From Enoplolaimus lenunculus (lineage: Eukaryota), in the NCBI GenBank assembly GCA_030248215.1, contig JASANG010001402.1, forward strand, positions 62,001 to 126,000: 64,000 nucleotides of DNA, given 5' to 3'. Below, one piece after another: positions 52,601-63,728 of the stretch. The notes beneath the pieces are model-generated. The model saw only the letters and a list, made by a program, of their open reading frames with translations. It was not told the DNA's origin and ran no database searches. Every line of letters starts with the position of its first letter. Position 1 is the stretch's first letter. Made by a program: the position numbers and the translations under genes.

Positions 52601-54189
52601 ATAGTGCCTGTTTTTATCTTTTTAATAGAACAGGGCCGGTACAGTAGTATAAGGCAAATATTCCTAAGCTTAAGAAGCGTATGGATGAGCCTATTCGTAA
52701 ACCTAAGCCTAAGCAAAAAAATAGTCTAAAACTTAAACTGACTCTATTATAGCCTCTACGGAAAACGATCCGGCCCTGTTGTATACATGGACCAATGCCT
52801 TTATATACACTAGGAGGAAACTAGTCTCCTCAGCTGAAACGTATTTGATTTTTGCTATCAGGTCTGTTGTATGGGAACGAATAACTAAATGCCGCACCTT
52901 GAGACTAGGTATATTCCTAGTTGAAATTTGATTTTGTGTCATAAAGAATTGATCCAAAGCAAATGGATTTACATTTTAACTTGATGATTGAAAAAACACT
53001 AGGATTATAGCTGCGGGCGGATACAAAGAAAGAGATACAGAGCGGTCGCCTTGTCTCGTCTGAGAACGTATTGTGTACAGCTGGATTTGAAGCCAGTAAC
53101 ACTGCAGGTTGTTTTCCGGGTTCGTCTTTGCCGAAAAAATCTTGGGACCGCGATTGGTTCCGGATATTGTTTATTATAATTGAATTGTATCAATAAATCA
53201 TTTCGGCTTTTCTACACAGTTATGGGTTTTTACTCGTAACGCTGACAGTGTTGGGCACATGCATAGGCAATGGCGTAGGCTTGCGTCAAACGTTTTCCTA
53301 TACCAAGGTCGGCGTAAAGCCTAAATGTGAGTGGAAGTGTGCATGAGCTATTGTTTGTTTTAGATACAAATGGGAAGGCAAAATTGAAGAAGATCCTGAA
53401 TCTTTGATGGTTGGTTTTGTTTGATTTTGATGTTATTTTGGGTATGAATGACGTTAAAAGTTTTTGGTTTATGATGACATGATTAAAGACTCAACGGTGT
53501 CGTAAATGTAGGTATTACTGTACTGTTTTTAGGTAATCAAGACTCGCTCCAGCAAAATTGCTCAATTAACCGAATACGTCAAAGAGAATCATCCAGCAGA
53601 TGTACCAGAAGTCATTTCGATGCCGGTAAGTTTTGGTTTGTTTGTTTCTTTATTTCTTTGTTTGTTTGTTTGTTTGTTTGTTTGTTTGTTTGCGTGCTTG
53701 TCTTTGTTTACACTTTTAGTTGGTTGCTACAGAATTATCCGGCGGAATACCAGAAATTATTTCGATGCCAGTAAGTTTTCGTGTTTGTTTCTTTGTTTGT
53801 TTGTTTGTTTGTTTGCATACACCGTTGGCTGTTTTCCTATTGTTGGCCGTTTCAGACATACAAACAAATGAAACTGTATATGGCATTTCACACCGTTTTT
53901 ATTCAATCGTGTAGTATTTCTAATGCAGAGAAGACGACACAACAGTTTAGAGAGTCGGAATACATGGCGCAGTGGTAGAACGTCCGTTTACTGATCTGAA
54001 AGCCATAAGTGGCACACCCTGCGTTACTGTTGTCTATCTACTGAATTGGAGGCAAGTTTCACGGACGTACCCCGTTCGTATCTATCGAGACTGACGCAAG
54101 TGAAACGGTCACGTTTTCGATTTTACTTTCAGATCCAAGCTGGATCAAGGGATTATCTCGATTTTGTCTCGCAAACTGTACCAGAATAA
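49684..54189 (+). CDS. CUTA: CutA (divalent cation tolerance) homologue, about 151 aa with a hydrophobic N-terminal extension
   Basis: Exons 49684-49713 (tentative, MIVFARSCTT|gtaagt), 50479-50648 (VCLFAFVCMLFITFW...YTPGTHSVVLVTTPGEADAKKLA), 51943-52002 (GLVENELAACVNIVPKITSI), 53364-53409 (YKWEGKIEEDPESLM), 53533-53625 (VIKTRSSK...ENHPADVPEVISMP), 54133-54189 (IQAGSRDYLDFVSQTVPE*). All phases match. Alternative in-frame ATGs lie at 50503 and 50551. Confidence 0.9.
50990..51170. mobile_element. Short hAT-like MITE in CutA intron 2
   Basis: Termini caatggcggatcca / tggatccgccactg. Perfect 8-bp TSD ttcgccag at 50982-50989 and 51171-51178. Confidence 0.85.
51585..51770. mobile_element. TTAGGC-repeat MITE family A
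   Basis: ttactttaaggggcgt ... acgcctcttaaagtaa TIRs with an internal gcctaa array; homologous to 63729-63913 and 59661-59862. Confidence 0.78.
52091..52501. mobile_element. Palindromic element with an internal array of TTAGGGTAACCCTAA units
   Basis: Imperfect terminal inverted repeats of about 50 bp (atgcgccattca...ggtttaggg / ccctaaacc...tgaatgacacat). About 10 ttagggt(a/t)accctaa-like units at roughly 26-bp spacing. Confidence 0.78.
53633..53692. repeat. (TTTG)n microsatellite, duplicated at about 53783-53815
   Basis: Directly visible after each of the two gtaagtttt donors. Confidence 0.85.
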
Positions 54190-55033
54190 CTGGCGATTCC
54201 TGCGCAAAATGAATGAATGGTTTATTAGAATTGGATATATTTCGTGTAAATTTACGGCAAAAATCGTCTCATACGCCAGCGTTAGGGTAGCAGGGAGTTT
54301 GGCCAAACAGGTCCTAGGGACCTCCCCCCCAGTTATATAATGTTTCACAGCTCTATGACTCTGTGGCCCGCGAAAAAAATTTAGTTTGTCAATGGGCACC
54401 CTTCCCCCCCTTGGGTCGCTCCGCAATTGAGGGTTTGAGGGCGCTTACACCGGCACTGCATCAGTGAGCTGTGTTGTGGTGAAATTGTTGGGATGCTAAT
54501 TGTTCATAGTCAATAGTCAGCTCGTTATTGTCTGAGTTACTGACTGACACAATTAAGAAATACGACCTTCGTATGACAAACAGTTGAACAGGAAATGTTG
54601 TGAATTCAGTGCAATTTGCTATTTTTACAAGTAGGCACATTTTTGTTTTACGACAAACTCTAAATTTTACAGCTAAACTCAATACAACGAATATCGTTCG
54701 TTGGGAAAAATAGTGGTTTACGCCACTGTATCAATACGCTTAAATCTTTAACTCATGGAGTATACTATGAGCAACTAAATTACAATATGAGCAACATAGA
54801 CGCTGTGAGCAGTGTTTAACAATTCTAACATATATGTGCAGTGCGAAAGTGCAAAATCTCTACAAGACGTGAGAGCCCCCTCGGGTACGAGCGTCAAGCT
54901 CCTATAGCTGAGTGGTCATCGTAAACGCCTGCCACACGAGAGACTGGGGATCGAATCTTACCTTGAAATAGCATCTTATATGAAATTGAAAATGTTCATG
55001 TGAGAACGGGTTAAGCTTTAACAGTCGCGCCGT

Positions 55034-55186
55034 TAGGGTTGCGCTATACTCGCCGGACGCCGACGCGCGGCACGGTACAAGTTTTCCGCACGCCAGCAGG
55101 CGCCGGCGTAGTAAAACTATTAAAAATTATCGCAGGCTGCCTGCCGCGCGCCGGCGTTCGCTCAGTAAAGTATTGCGCAACCCTTA
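55034..55186. mobile_element. Short MITE (tagggttgcgc termini)
   Basis: Termini tagggttgcgctatact / agtattgcgcaaccctta. Similar ends (tatagcgccaccct) occur at about 24640, 28970 and 29080. Confidence 0.6.
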
Positions 55187-55374
55187 CTGTAGAGGAACGA
55201 ATAAGAGCGGCAGTGATATTTGTTTTGTCTCAAAATGTCTAATTTTAAAATTGGGACAATTTGACGAGAAGTCACTTTGATCGAAAGTGATCAGGAGCCA
55301 AAATTGGGCATCCATTAGGCCTTGCTCCTCCCAAAACCCGATGCCCCACCGGAATGATATAGAACCATAATGTT

Positions 55375-55550
55375 GGCCCATTTAGAACAGGGCCGGAACA
55401 GTAGTATAAGCATATTCCTAAGCCTTAGCCTAAACGTATGGATGAGCCGATTCATAAGCCTAAGCCTAAGCAAAAAATTAGGCTAAAGCTTGAACTGAGT
55501 CTATTATAACCACTCCGGAAAACGATCCGGTCCTGTTCTATACATGGGTC
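55375..55550. mobile_element. TTAGGC-repeat MITE family B
   Basis: Termini ggcccat.tagaacagggccgga / tccggtcctgttctatacatgggtc with internal gcctaa units. Copies at 52623-52793, 60047-60261 and (inverted, degenerate) 25138-25340. Confidence 0.78.
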
Positions 55551-56629
55551 ATAATGTTTGTAGGGATGATATAGTATTTAATTTGTGTTTGGTTTATCGC
55601 ATGCTTCGCTCGCGAGTTTTTTCTAGTTATATATTTCTCGGTCCCAGGTCACAAATTTATTGATCTGTCACTTTTAGGTGTTTTCGATTGTTTGGTTTGT
55701 TTGCATTATTATAATAAACGCGCGTATTTTGTGTCAGGGTTCAGTCGGATGCCAAACAATACCTGAGCCGGATACTTTAATAGATAGCTTCGGCAGTTGC
55801 CGGAGCCGGATATTTAAGAGCATATCTTGATAAAAAGCTGATCGAAATCACCTTATATATTTAATACGACTCTGGTGGAGTCGAATTTGGACTTAGTTTG
55901 TGTAGTTAGGAAAAGCCTATTTTGGAGAGAGTCAATTTGACTCAGCAATTTTTGCAGTGTACTAATTTCTTCTCATTTGGAATAAAATTCACAACAAAAT
56001 ATACTGCGATTTTGGTTATAAATACTGTAGAGACCTGAATTAGAGGGGGACTAAAAGTGGGGTCCCTATATTGAGTCCCAATCAATAGGAGTCCGTATCC
56101 CTAAAGAATCTGCCAGCGGATAGAGTCCCTAAACTCTAATTAGGGTCCATAAATAAATATCAATTTTCCCTAATTGTAGCGCATAAATGACTCCAGCTCC
56201 AAATACAGTTGAAATATATATCAGTCTCCCACTCTTCGGATCACTACAGCAATGTTATAACTTTATATTGAGTTATGTCGTGGTTTTCAACAATAAATTT
56301 CTAACAGTGTTGAATGCCATAGCCGGAAGTTGATTTTGTCCCTTATTTTGGCCCTGTTTACCAGCAAAAGGGCCTTTTGATACGAAGTTAATAAAATTGA
56401 TCCGGGCTGGGGCCCCCCCCCAGGCCACCCCCCCCTGGGGGGGGGGGGAAAAAAAATCAACAAAAAAACAGAACAACAAACCCCTTTCAGGACGGGCATT
56501 CAAGGGTTTTCAATCCACAGCAAGTAGACCATGTACTTGGGCCAAAATATGGTATACATTCTTACTTATTGTAAAGTCGTGAAACTGCTATTATAAAACG
56601 AGTACTTATACTTTTCCATTGTCTTTTAA

Positions 56630-58832
56630 CCCTCAATGGCCCGACAGTCTACATATGTAGACATAACCAGTTCGACAATTGATTGTTCGGCAGGTGCTAT
56701 AGTTAAGAATCTATTGTTTAATTTCCATCGATAATTATTCTGTTATAGTAGTATAAAAAACTTATAGCATTGTGGGAACAAAAGTTTGGTGTACAGTGAG
56801 TCATATACCTATATAACCCGACCGTCTACATATGTAGACAGATGTTGATTTGATCATAGTTTGAGTTTTGACAAGAATTGGAACGTTTTGTTCTTACACA
56901 CGGTTTTGTATGGTGAGGTAAAGTCAGGGAAATGTCAGGTTTGCATAAATTATCTTTGACTGAGGTCGTACGACGTGTATTAGAACCAAGTGATTCAGAG
57001 ACAGAAAATGACAAACCGGACGACAATAGTTCAAATGACGACTCAGAATCAGTTGAGTTAGGTCAATGCAGTAGTGAAGAGGCTGCTATTTATGAGCAAG
57101 ATAGTGATGGTGAATTACAAAAACAATCGGACGCATCTAGTAGTGAGTTGAGCGATATGGACGAGACTTCTAGTGGAAGTAATGTGTTTTTGTCAGCGAC
57201 GGGTGTTGAGTGGCATTCTACAACACCGCCTGTCCGTGTGTTAGCTAGAAATATAATTCGCTTTCGCGAAGGCACTGCAGTAAACCCTACAACAGAGTCA
57301 CAAGCATTTTATCTTTATATAAACGAGCCCATTTTACATACAATTCAGCGACTCACTAGTAGGCGACTGCGGGCGCGCAATTTTTCAACGCTACCAATGT
57401 GCGAGCTGAAAGCTTGGCTTGGGGTGGTAATCAGAGCTGGTGCAGATCGCGATAACATGTCTCCAGTGGCTTCACTATTCACCAAAAACGACAGCAGGCC
57501 CTTTTACCGCTGCGCGCTGTCAAAAAACAGAATGAAACAGTTGCTGGAAAATGTAACATTCGACAACAAACTGACTCGCCGGGAGCGTCAAAAAAGTGAC
57601 AAAATGGCTGCTATACGAGATGTTTGGGACCTATTTCAGTCCAACTTACGTCTTCATTATATACCGTCCGAATCACTTACAGTAGATGAACAGCTCTACG
57701 GGTATAGAGGATATGCACCGGGGCGAGCGTACATGCCGGCGAAACCTGCTAAGTACGGCGTAAAAATATTCTGGCTTTGCGATGCTCGGAATGGATATGC
57801 CCTAAAAGGAAATATTTATACAGGGCGTGAAGGCGAACGGGCCGTAGGGCTTGCTAAACGCATCGTAATGGATCTTATTCAACCATACTGTAACACTCAG
57901 CGAAACATTTTCATGGACCGCTATTTCACATCCCATGAATTGGCTGTGGACCTATTACAAAGTGGGCTAACGTGCACAGGCACAATAATGGCAAATCGCC
58001 GCAGCGTACCTCCGGTGCTAAAGTCAACAAAAGAACAAGAGGTCTATAGCACCCGATTTTTATGGGACCACAATAACCGCATAATGTTGGCGTCTTATTG
58101 TCCAAAGAAAAATAAAAATGTGCTATTACTAAGTTCAGTTCATGTGAAAAACGAAGTTTGCACCAGCAGAGAGGACAAAAAACCAGCAGTTATCTTGGAT
58201 TATAATTTGGGAAAAGGCGGGGTTGATGTAATGGACTCTTGCATTGATGATTTTACCTGCAAACGCAAAACGAATCGTTATCCTCTAGTCTGCTTTTTCA
58301 ATATGATTGATATTGCGTTGCACAACGCATTCATTGTCATGAAACTGAACGGATATCAAAAGTCACGCAATGTTTTCATGAAAAAAGTAGCCGAACAACT
58401 AGCGCAAGACAATATGACCAAACGTTACAGTAGTGAAAAAATTTACGCAAAATCAAAGGATTCATTTATGGCTTACGGGCTGCCTCAAAAGCGAAACGAA
58501 CCTTCTACATCTGGTAAACCGACCAAATGTCAGGTCACAAGTTGTCGCAAATCTACGAGATTGAGCTGTTCGTCATGTGGAAAACGAGTGTGCAAGGACC
58601 ACATGAATCGCACCATAACGTGCAACGACTGTGCTTAACTGGACAACGCGCCCGCAGTGGGAGGCTGGACGGGGAGCGGGTGGAACTCCGCCAGAACACT
58701 AGTTCTGACTGTCTCAAGCCAGTTAAAGGAGGAGAGCACCCTGAGATAAGCCAAAACTAACGCTAGTTGTGTTGTCTACATATGTAGACCGTTGGGCTGA
58801 TTAAGGTGAAAATTTTGCCGGGCCGTTGAGGG
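56630..58832 (+). mobile_element. Full-length piggyBac DNA transposon (2203 bp)
   Basis: TTAA at 56626-56629 and 58833-58836. 17-bp TIRs CCCTCAATGGCCCGACA / TGCCGGGCCGTTGAGGG (2 mismatches). Subterminal palindrome GTCTACATATGTAGAC at 56647, 56824 and 58774. Single transposase ORF. Confidence 0.96.
56932..58638 (+). CDS. piggyBac transposase, 568 aa
   Basis: Acidic N-terminus; DDD-type motifs LTVDEQL..YRG, YMPAKPAKYGVKI, FMDRYFTS, YNLGKGGVDVMD; C-terminal Cys-rich domain CQVTSC...CSSCGKRVCKDH...CNDC. Confidence 0.96.
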   Translation: MSGLHKLSLTEVVRRVLEPSDSETENDKPDDNSSNDDSESVELGQCSSEEAAIYEQDSDGELQKQSDASSSELSDMDETSSGSNVFLSATGVEWHSTTPPVRVLARNIIRFREGTAVNPTTESQAFYLYINEPILHTIQRLTSRRLRARNFSTLPMCELKAWLGVVIRAGADRDNMSPVASLFTKNDSRPFYRCALSKNRMKQLLENVTFDNKLTRRERQKSDKMAAIRDVWDLFQSNLRLHYIPSESLTVDEQLYGYRGYAPGRAYMPAKPAKYGVKIFWLCDARNGYALKGNIYTGREGERAVGLAKRIVMDLIQPYCNTQRNIFMDRYFTSHELAVDLLQSGLTCTGTIMANRRSVPPVLKSTKEQEVYSTRFLWDHNNRIMLASYCPKKNKNVLLLSSVHVKNEVCTSREDKKPAVILDYNLGKGGVDVMDSCIDDFTCKRKTNRYPLVCFFNMIDIALHNAFIVMKLNGYQKSRNVFMKKVAEQLAQDNMTKRYSSEKIYAKSKDSFMAYGLPQKRNEPSTSGKPTKCQVTSCRKSTRLSCSSCGKRVCKDHMNRTITCNDCA

Positions 58833-59084
58833 TTAAAATGCAGTTTTGTCTCAGTTTTAATCTTTTAGACAAATGAAGAAACAGCTGAAGCGGGGGGCCC
58901 CCCGTTTTTTCCCCCCTTTTCCCCCTCTCGCCCCCCCCAAAAATCCCCCCTACATCAGAGGGGGGGTTCCTGTGGTGATACCGCGCTTATTGGGCCCCCT
59001 CTTTTTTTTTTTGGGGGCGCCCCCCCCCCCTGGGGGGCCCCCCCCCCCAGCTCCCCCCGGCCTTTATCCCCCTTCTTCCCTTGA

Positions 59085-59526
59085 TGCGTTTAAGGTCTGT
59101 TAGTTCTTCTGTTCTACGTAAGTTTCCCATATCTGCTAGTTGTTCTTGTTGTTGGTATTGTTGTTGTGGTTGTTGTGGTGGTGGTTGTTGTTGTTGTGGT
59201 TGTTGTTGTTGTTGTTGTTGTTGTTGCTGCTGCTGCTGACAATGATTTTGTTCTTCGTTGTGTGGCTGCTGGTCGCTAGTCGACGTGTCCCATTGCGGAT
59301 GTGATATTTTTCGTGGAAATAACGCTGTGAGTTTGTCGACCTCCGCCAATGCGATAGAACTGCGTGATTTTAGTTCCAGTGACGTTTTGGACATTTTACA
59401 AAAAAAACCAAATGTTGTCCGGGAGCTGAAAGTAGCGTTGTTCGGTTTGGACAAACCCATGAATTTATATAATTCCTGTTCGGGGCCCACAATTTGCCTT
59501 TTGTATATTTTTCTCTTCATATACAT
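59085..59526 (-). CDS. Possible exon/ORF of an unknown polyQ-containing protein; 3' part lost in low-quality sequence
   Basis: About 145 open codons with a QQQ/P tract. There is no recognisable domain, and the downstream 58890-59085 is homopolymer-garbled. Confidence 0.35.
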
Positions 59527-59660
59527 TTAAAGTTAAAGGCTTGGGTTTAAGCAAAAGCTTAAGCACGTGCTTTTCTTTAGCCTGAGTCTAAAGCATAAGA
59601 GTAAACAGAAATGGTTTCACAGTTGAAGCGGAGGGCGCCTTATAATCATAAAATGTTCGA

Positions 59661-59862
59661 CCCATGTTACTTTAAGTTGCGTCCAGGTTTCTGGTGGGTG
59701 TATAAAAGAGTAGGTTTAGATTCTAGATTATATTTTTTGCTTAGACTTGGGGGCTTAGACTTAGGCACTCAGTTTTGCAACGCTTAGGCTTAGGAACTCA
59801 TTTTTGCAAGGCTTAAGCTTAGGAATACGCTTAATCTACTGTTACACGCCTTAAAGTAACAT
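59661..59862. mobile_element. TTAGGC-repeat MITE family A (opposite orientation); a degenerate copy follows at about 59910-60050
   Basis: Termini cccatgttactttaag / cttaaagtaacat with internal ttaggc units. Confidence 0.75.
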
Positions 59863-60046
59863 TTCCCAAATGTTCTATAAAATTGTTATGTCTGTATCTT
59901 ACAATTTTTGGCCCATGTTACTTTTTAGTGCCATTCCAGGCTATATTTTGTGCATAAGCTTAGGCTCGAAACTACACTTTTTCATCGCTTATGCTCAGGT
60001 TTAAAAATATGCTTAATCTACAGGTTACGGCCCTAAATTATAACAC

Positions 60047-60261
60047 GACCCATGTATCGAACAGGGCCGGAACAGTAGTATAAACATATTCCTAAGCCTA
60101 AGTCTAAAGCCTAAACCTAAGCGTAAGGATGAGCTTATTCCTACGCCTAAGCCTAATCCTAAACCGAAGCCTAAATGGAGCAAAAAAGTTAGTCTATAGC
60201 TTAAACTGACTCTATTACAGCCCCGCCGGAAAATGATCCGGCCCTGTTCTGTACGTGGGCC
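60047..60261. mobile_element. TTAGGC-repeat MITE family B
   Basis: Termini gacccatgtatcgaacagggccgga / tccggccctgttctgtacgtgggcc; gcctaa array. Confidence 0.78.
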
Positions 60262-61265
60262 AGTAACACAGGCTCACATTTTCAGTTTGCGCCACGCAAA
60301 ATTGTGTTTAACTGCTAGCTGTTATTTTTAGATTTTTTTCATCACTTCAAGCAACGATATCCGGTGACAGTTCGCAGCTTGTATTCTGGCTGGACTCGTA
60401 TCAGTTTTTCACATAAATTTTTCTGTCGGGGGGTCGGTAATCATAAGCCCCGCTCCCTCTGTATTCACTAGTGAAATTGGACCATATTTAGAAATTATAA
60501 TATATCAAAAAATAATATACCTGCGATGTAAGGAAGTATCAGCCTTCGTATCTTTACGGCAAAATTGAAAATTGACAAATTTTTAAATATTAAAATTTTA
60601 AAACCTATACCGTATATCGGTTCTGTTGGCAGAATTATACACTTAAAATTAAATCTATTTACGGTTTCGCAGACTCGTAAATTATCTAACGGATGGGCCA
60701 AGTACGACGATTGGTTAAACCAAGAGTGGCTGATCACCGACAAGAGTATGCAACTGTCCGGATTTCGCGTGGTACAAAAAGTACCACCATGAGTTCCATT
60801 TTTGGTGTACCCTCTTATTTAGAGGGAGGGTCGATGTCCCATGATATAATACTCTGTAGTTTTTAGACCAGATACGGAACATTTTTTGGCATAGCATATT
60901 ATGTATTTCTTTCGCTTTGTGCAAATTTCAACCCCCCTCTAAATAAGGGAGGTCGGTCAAAAACGCAACGTGTGCTAGGGAACATTCTTTTGTACACAGA
61001 TTGTACCCAGTTGCACACTCTTGTTATGTTAAAATATGTTATCCACTCTTGGTGAAACCAACTAGGTTATCTTTTTTAACAGCTGGAAAAACGGGCCTAC
61101 AGACCAGGGATTGAGCTTCAAGCCGGCGGATCCTTAAGCGAACGCTCTACCACTGCGCAACGTAGCCCGCCCCTCGTTGACTATATGTCGACCGTATACT
61201 ATTGGCTAGCACAGCATATAGTGCGAAGGTTATATAGGGCGAACTGTCAATAAAAACATTCCACG

Positions 61266-61716
61266 TACTGTATTGACCCGAATAAGTGGGGGGGGGTAAT
61301 AAGAGGGGGAGTTCCCAGTTTGAGTCCGAATCAATTGGAGTCCGTATCCCTAATAAGAGTCCGTAAGCGGATAGAGTCCCAAAACCCTAATTAGAGTCCA
61401 TAAATGTCAATTGACCCTAATTGTAGCACATAAATGACCCCAGGACCAAATAATTTGAGTTCGAAACTTTTAAACGTACTTAAATTTTGAAAGTACATTC
61501 TAAAGTATAACCTTGTATTATCGCTCAAGCTATTGACACAAGACAAATAAACGTTTAATTGAACGGATAATTGCAGTACCGGATATATATCAGTAACGAA
61601 GGGCGGCGGAGCGTGGGTTAAAAGTAAATAACGGTCCGTAACCGAATAGCAAGGGGGTACCCTCTGGAGAGGCCAAATAAATACCAGTCCCCCCTCTTAT
61701 TCGGGTCACTACAGTA
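61266..61716. mobile_element. TA-flanked MITE (possibly Tc1/mariner-type); shorter related copy at about 56023-56250
   Basis: TIR tactgtattgacccgaataagtgggg / cccctcttattcgggtcactacagta. The internal ttgagtcc.aatcaat.ggagtccgtatccctaa...gcggatagagtccc is shared with the 56.1 kb copy. Confidence 0.72.
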
Positions 61717-63120
61717 GTAGATATATACTGTCAAATTCTGGAATTATATAGGTGCTATCTATCAGGGTTGTTGGCCGGAAAAATTACCGGAAAAAATGTT
61801 TTTTCCATTTTTTTCGAGGGGGTGGAAAAAAATGGAAAAAAATTAAAAATATTAAACGATTTTTAAATATAATTTGGAACTAAATATGATATAAAATAAC
61901 GTTTTTAGATGACATGTATATGTACACCAGGACACATTATATGTTCAAAAAGCGCGAAAATTGCAGCATATGAATATATAAATGGATTTCAGAATTGAAG
62001 CTTTGCCACGAGATTCAATGTAAAACTACATATGCATCTTGTTCGGTTCACTTAGGTTTCGCCGACAGTGGGGCCAAAGTTAGGGCGATCAAAATTAAAA
62101 GCTTGTTTTTACCGTATGATTTAACACAGAACACGTCTAGCTTCATACTCGATTTGCTCGCGAGGTTGCAGTAATTGAGAGACTTTGATGTCAAAAAAAC
62201 CCAAAAGTGTCTTTGAATTTAATATATGCTTACAAAAAACAAATGTGGCTTGTTTAACTCGCTCCACTCATGAGTTTCTGATGTTCTGATTACCTCCTCC
62301 GATTATTCCACGCCAAAATTTTAGTTTTTAAAAATTCGAATATTAACATCCCCAATTTCTCCATTGGGCTCAAAATTTTTTGTCGAAAAATTATACAAAT
62401 TATATACCATTTGACACAAGTTACGGAACTTAAGACGAATATTGTTAAATGTTTCCCAAACGTCTGGCTAACGAGTCAATGATATATAATTTGTCCAAGT
62501 TATGGAACCAAATTTTGGGCCCATGGGTTGAACTTATGTCGTTAAAATCGAATTTTTCAAAAATTCAGATTTGGGCAGAAAAACAATATAAAAAGGCATG
62601 TTGTGTCCAATTACATAAGTTGAATATAAATTACAGCCCGCAATCGAACAAAACAGGGGGTCCTATCGGGACAGGCAAAATAAATATTCGTCCCTTTTTT
62701 TCGTTCGAGTTATTGCAGGAATGTCGTTAGATTAAAAGGACCGCACAGGCCACGCCTCCCCTAACAGACATCAAAAACAATATTGCGTAGGTATATAATA
62801 CTAGGATTTTAATTTTAAAATTGCGTTTTTCTCGTTTTACTATTTTTACTGTATATTTTGTTGTTGGAAATCAAAATTTCTGGATTTTTGAATTCTTCCG
62901 GTGTTTTATATTTTGAAATATTTTGAATTTTAAATTTCATTTTGTGATTCATACGCATTGGTTTTATAGATTCTTCTTTAATACTTTAATAATGGCTACG
63001 ATTTGCTTGAAACGTTAAAATTTTATATTTCTGCTTGCTATTTTAGTAGGATGCAGAACGAGTAAGTACATAGTAAAAACATAAGAAACGCATTGCAATA
63101 GTGATTAAACTAACGAAAAC

Positions 63121-63193
63121 AATATATAATATATATGTATATATAAATGCAATATATATTATATATATGTATATATATGTATATATATATATA
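63121..63193. repeat. Interrupted (TA)n microsatellite
   Basis: Directly visible. Confidence 0.85.
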
Positions 63194-63728
63194 ATTTTGT
63201 TTTTAAGTCTATTTGTCTCATAGCAGCATCGGTTTAGTAAAGTTTTTTAAAGTCATGGCCCTGTCGGCCGCCTTTGAGCTAAAGCCTTCGGACCTTTTTT
63301 GAAACCTGTTGTATATATGATTTTGGTGAATTCAAAAGATGAGGATAGAATTTTTAAATTTTATTCGATTAAACGAGCGAATTGCGATTGCGGTCAATTG
63401 TTTACGCTGAGGGCCGTCCCTATGGACCATGGAGACGTGACGTAGCGATAAATTGAAATTAGTGGGACGGTGGAACCAAGATATATTTTCGTGGTCCAGC
63501 TGTGGGCCCAGACCAGCTACAGGTTCAACCAGACGCAAATACCTTACCGACTCTGGTGTTCCTATATGCCTGACACACCAGTAGTATGCAATACCCTATC
63601 TGATACTGTAGTGCGGACGACCATTAGGTTAATACCACGGCTTATAATGTCCTGCGTGTCAGGTTCGCTACCTATAACAGCCTAAGCGCCGGATTTTGGA
63701 AAAGGGAGCCACGTTCTATAAAAGGTTC

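Noticed and set aside
56273..59103. Pro/Gly-rich ORFs and G-quadruplex-like tracts at 56273-56582 and 58873-59103
   Set aside because: They derive from homopolymer-rich, apparently low-quality consensus sequence.
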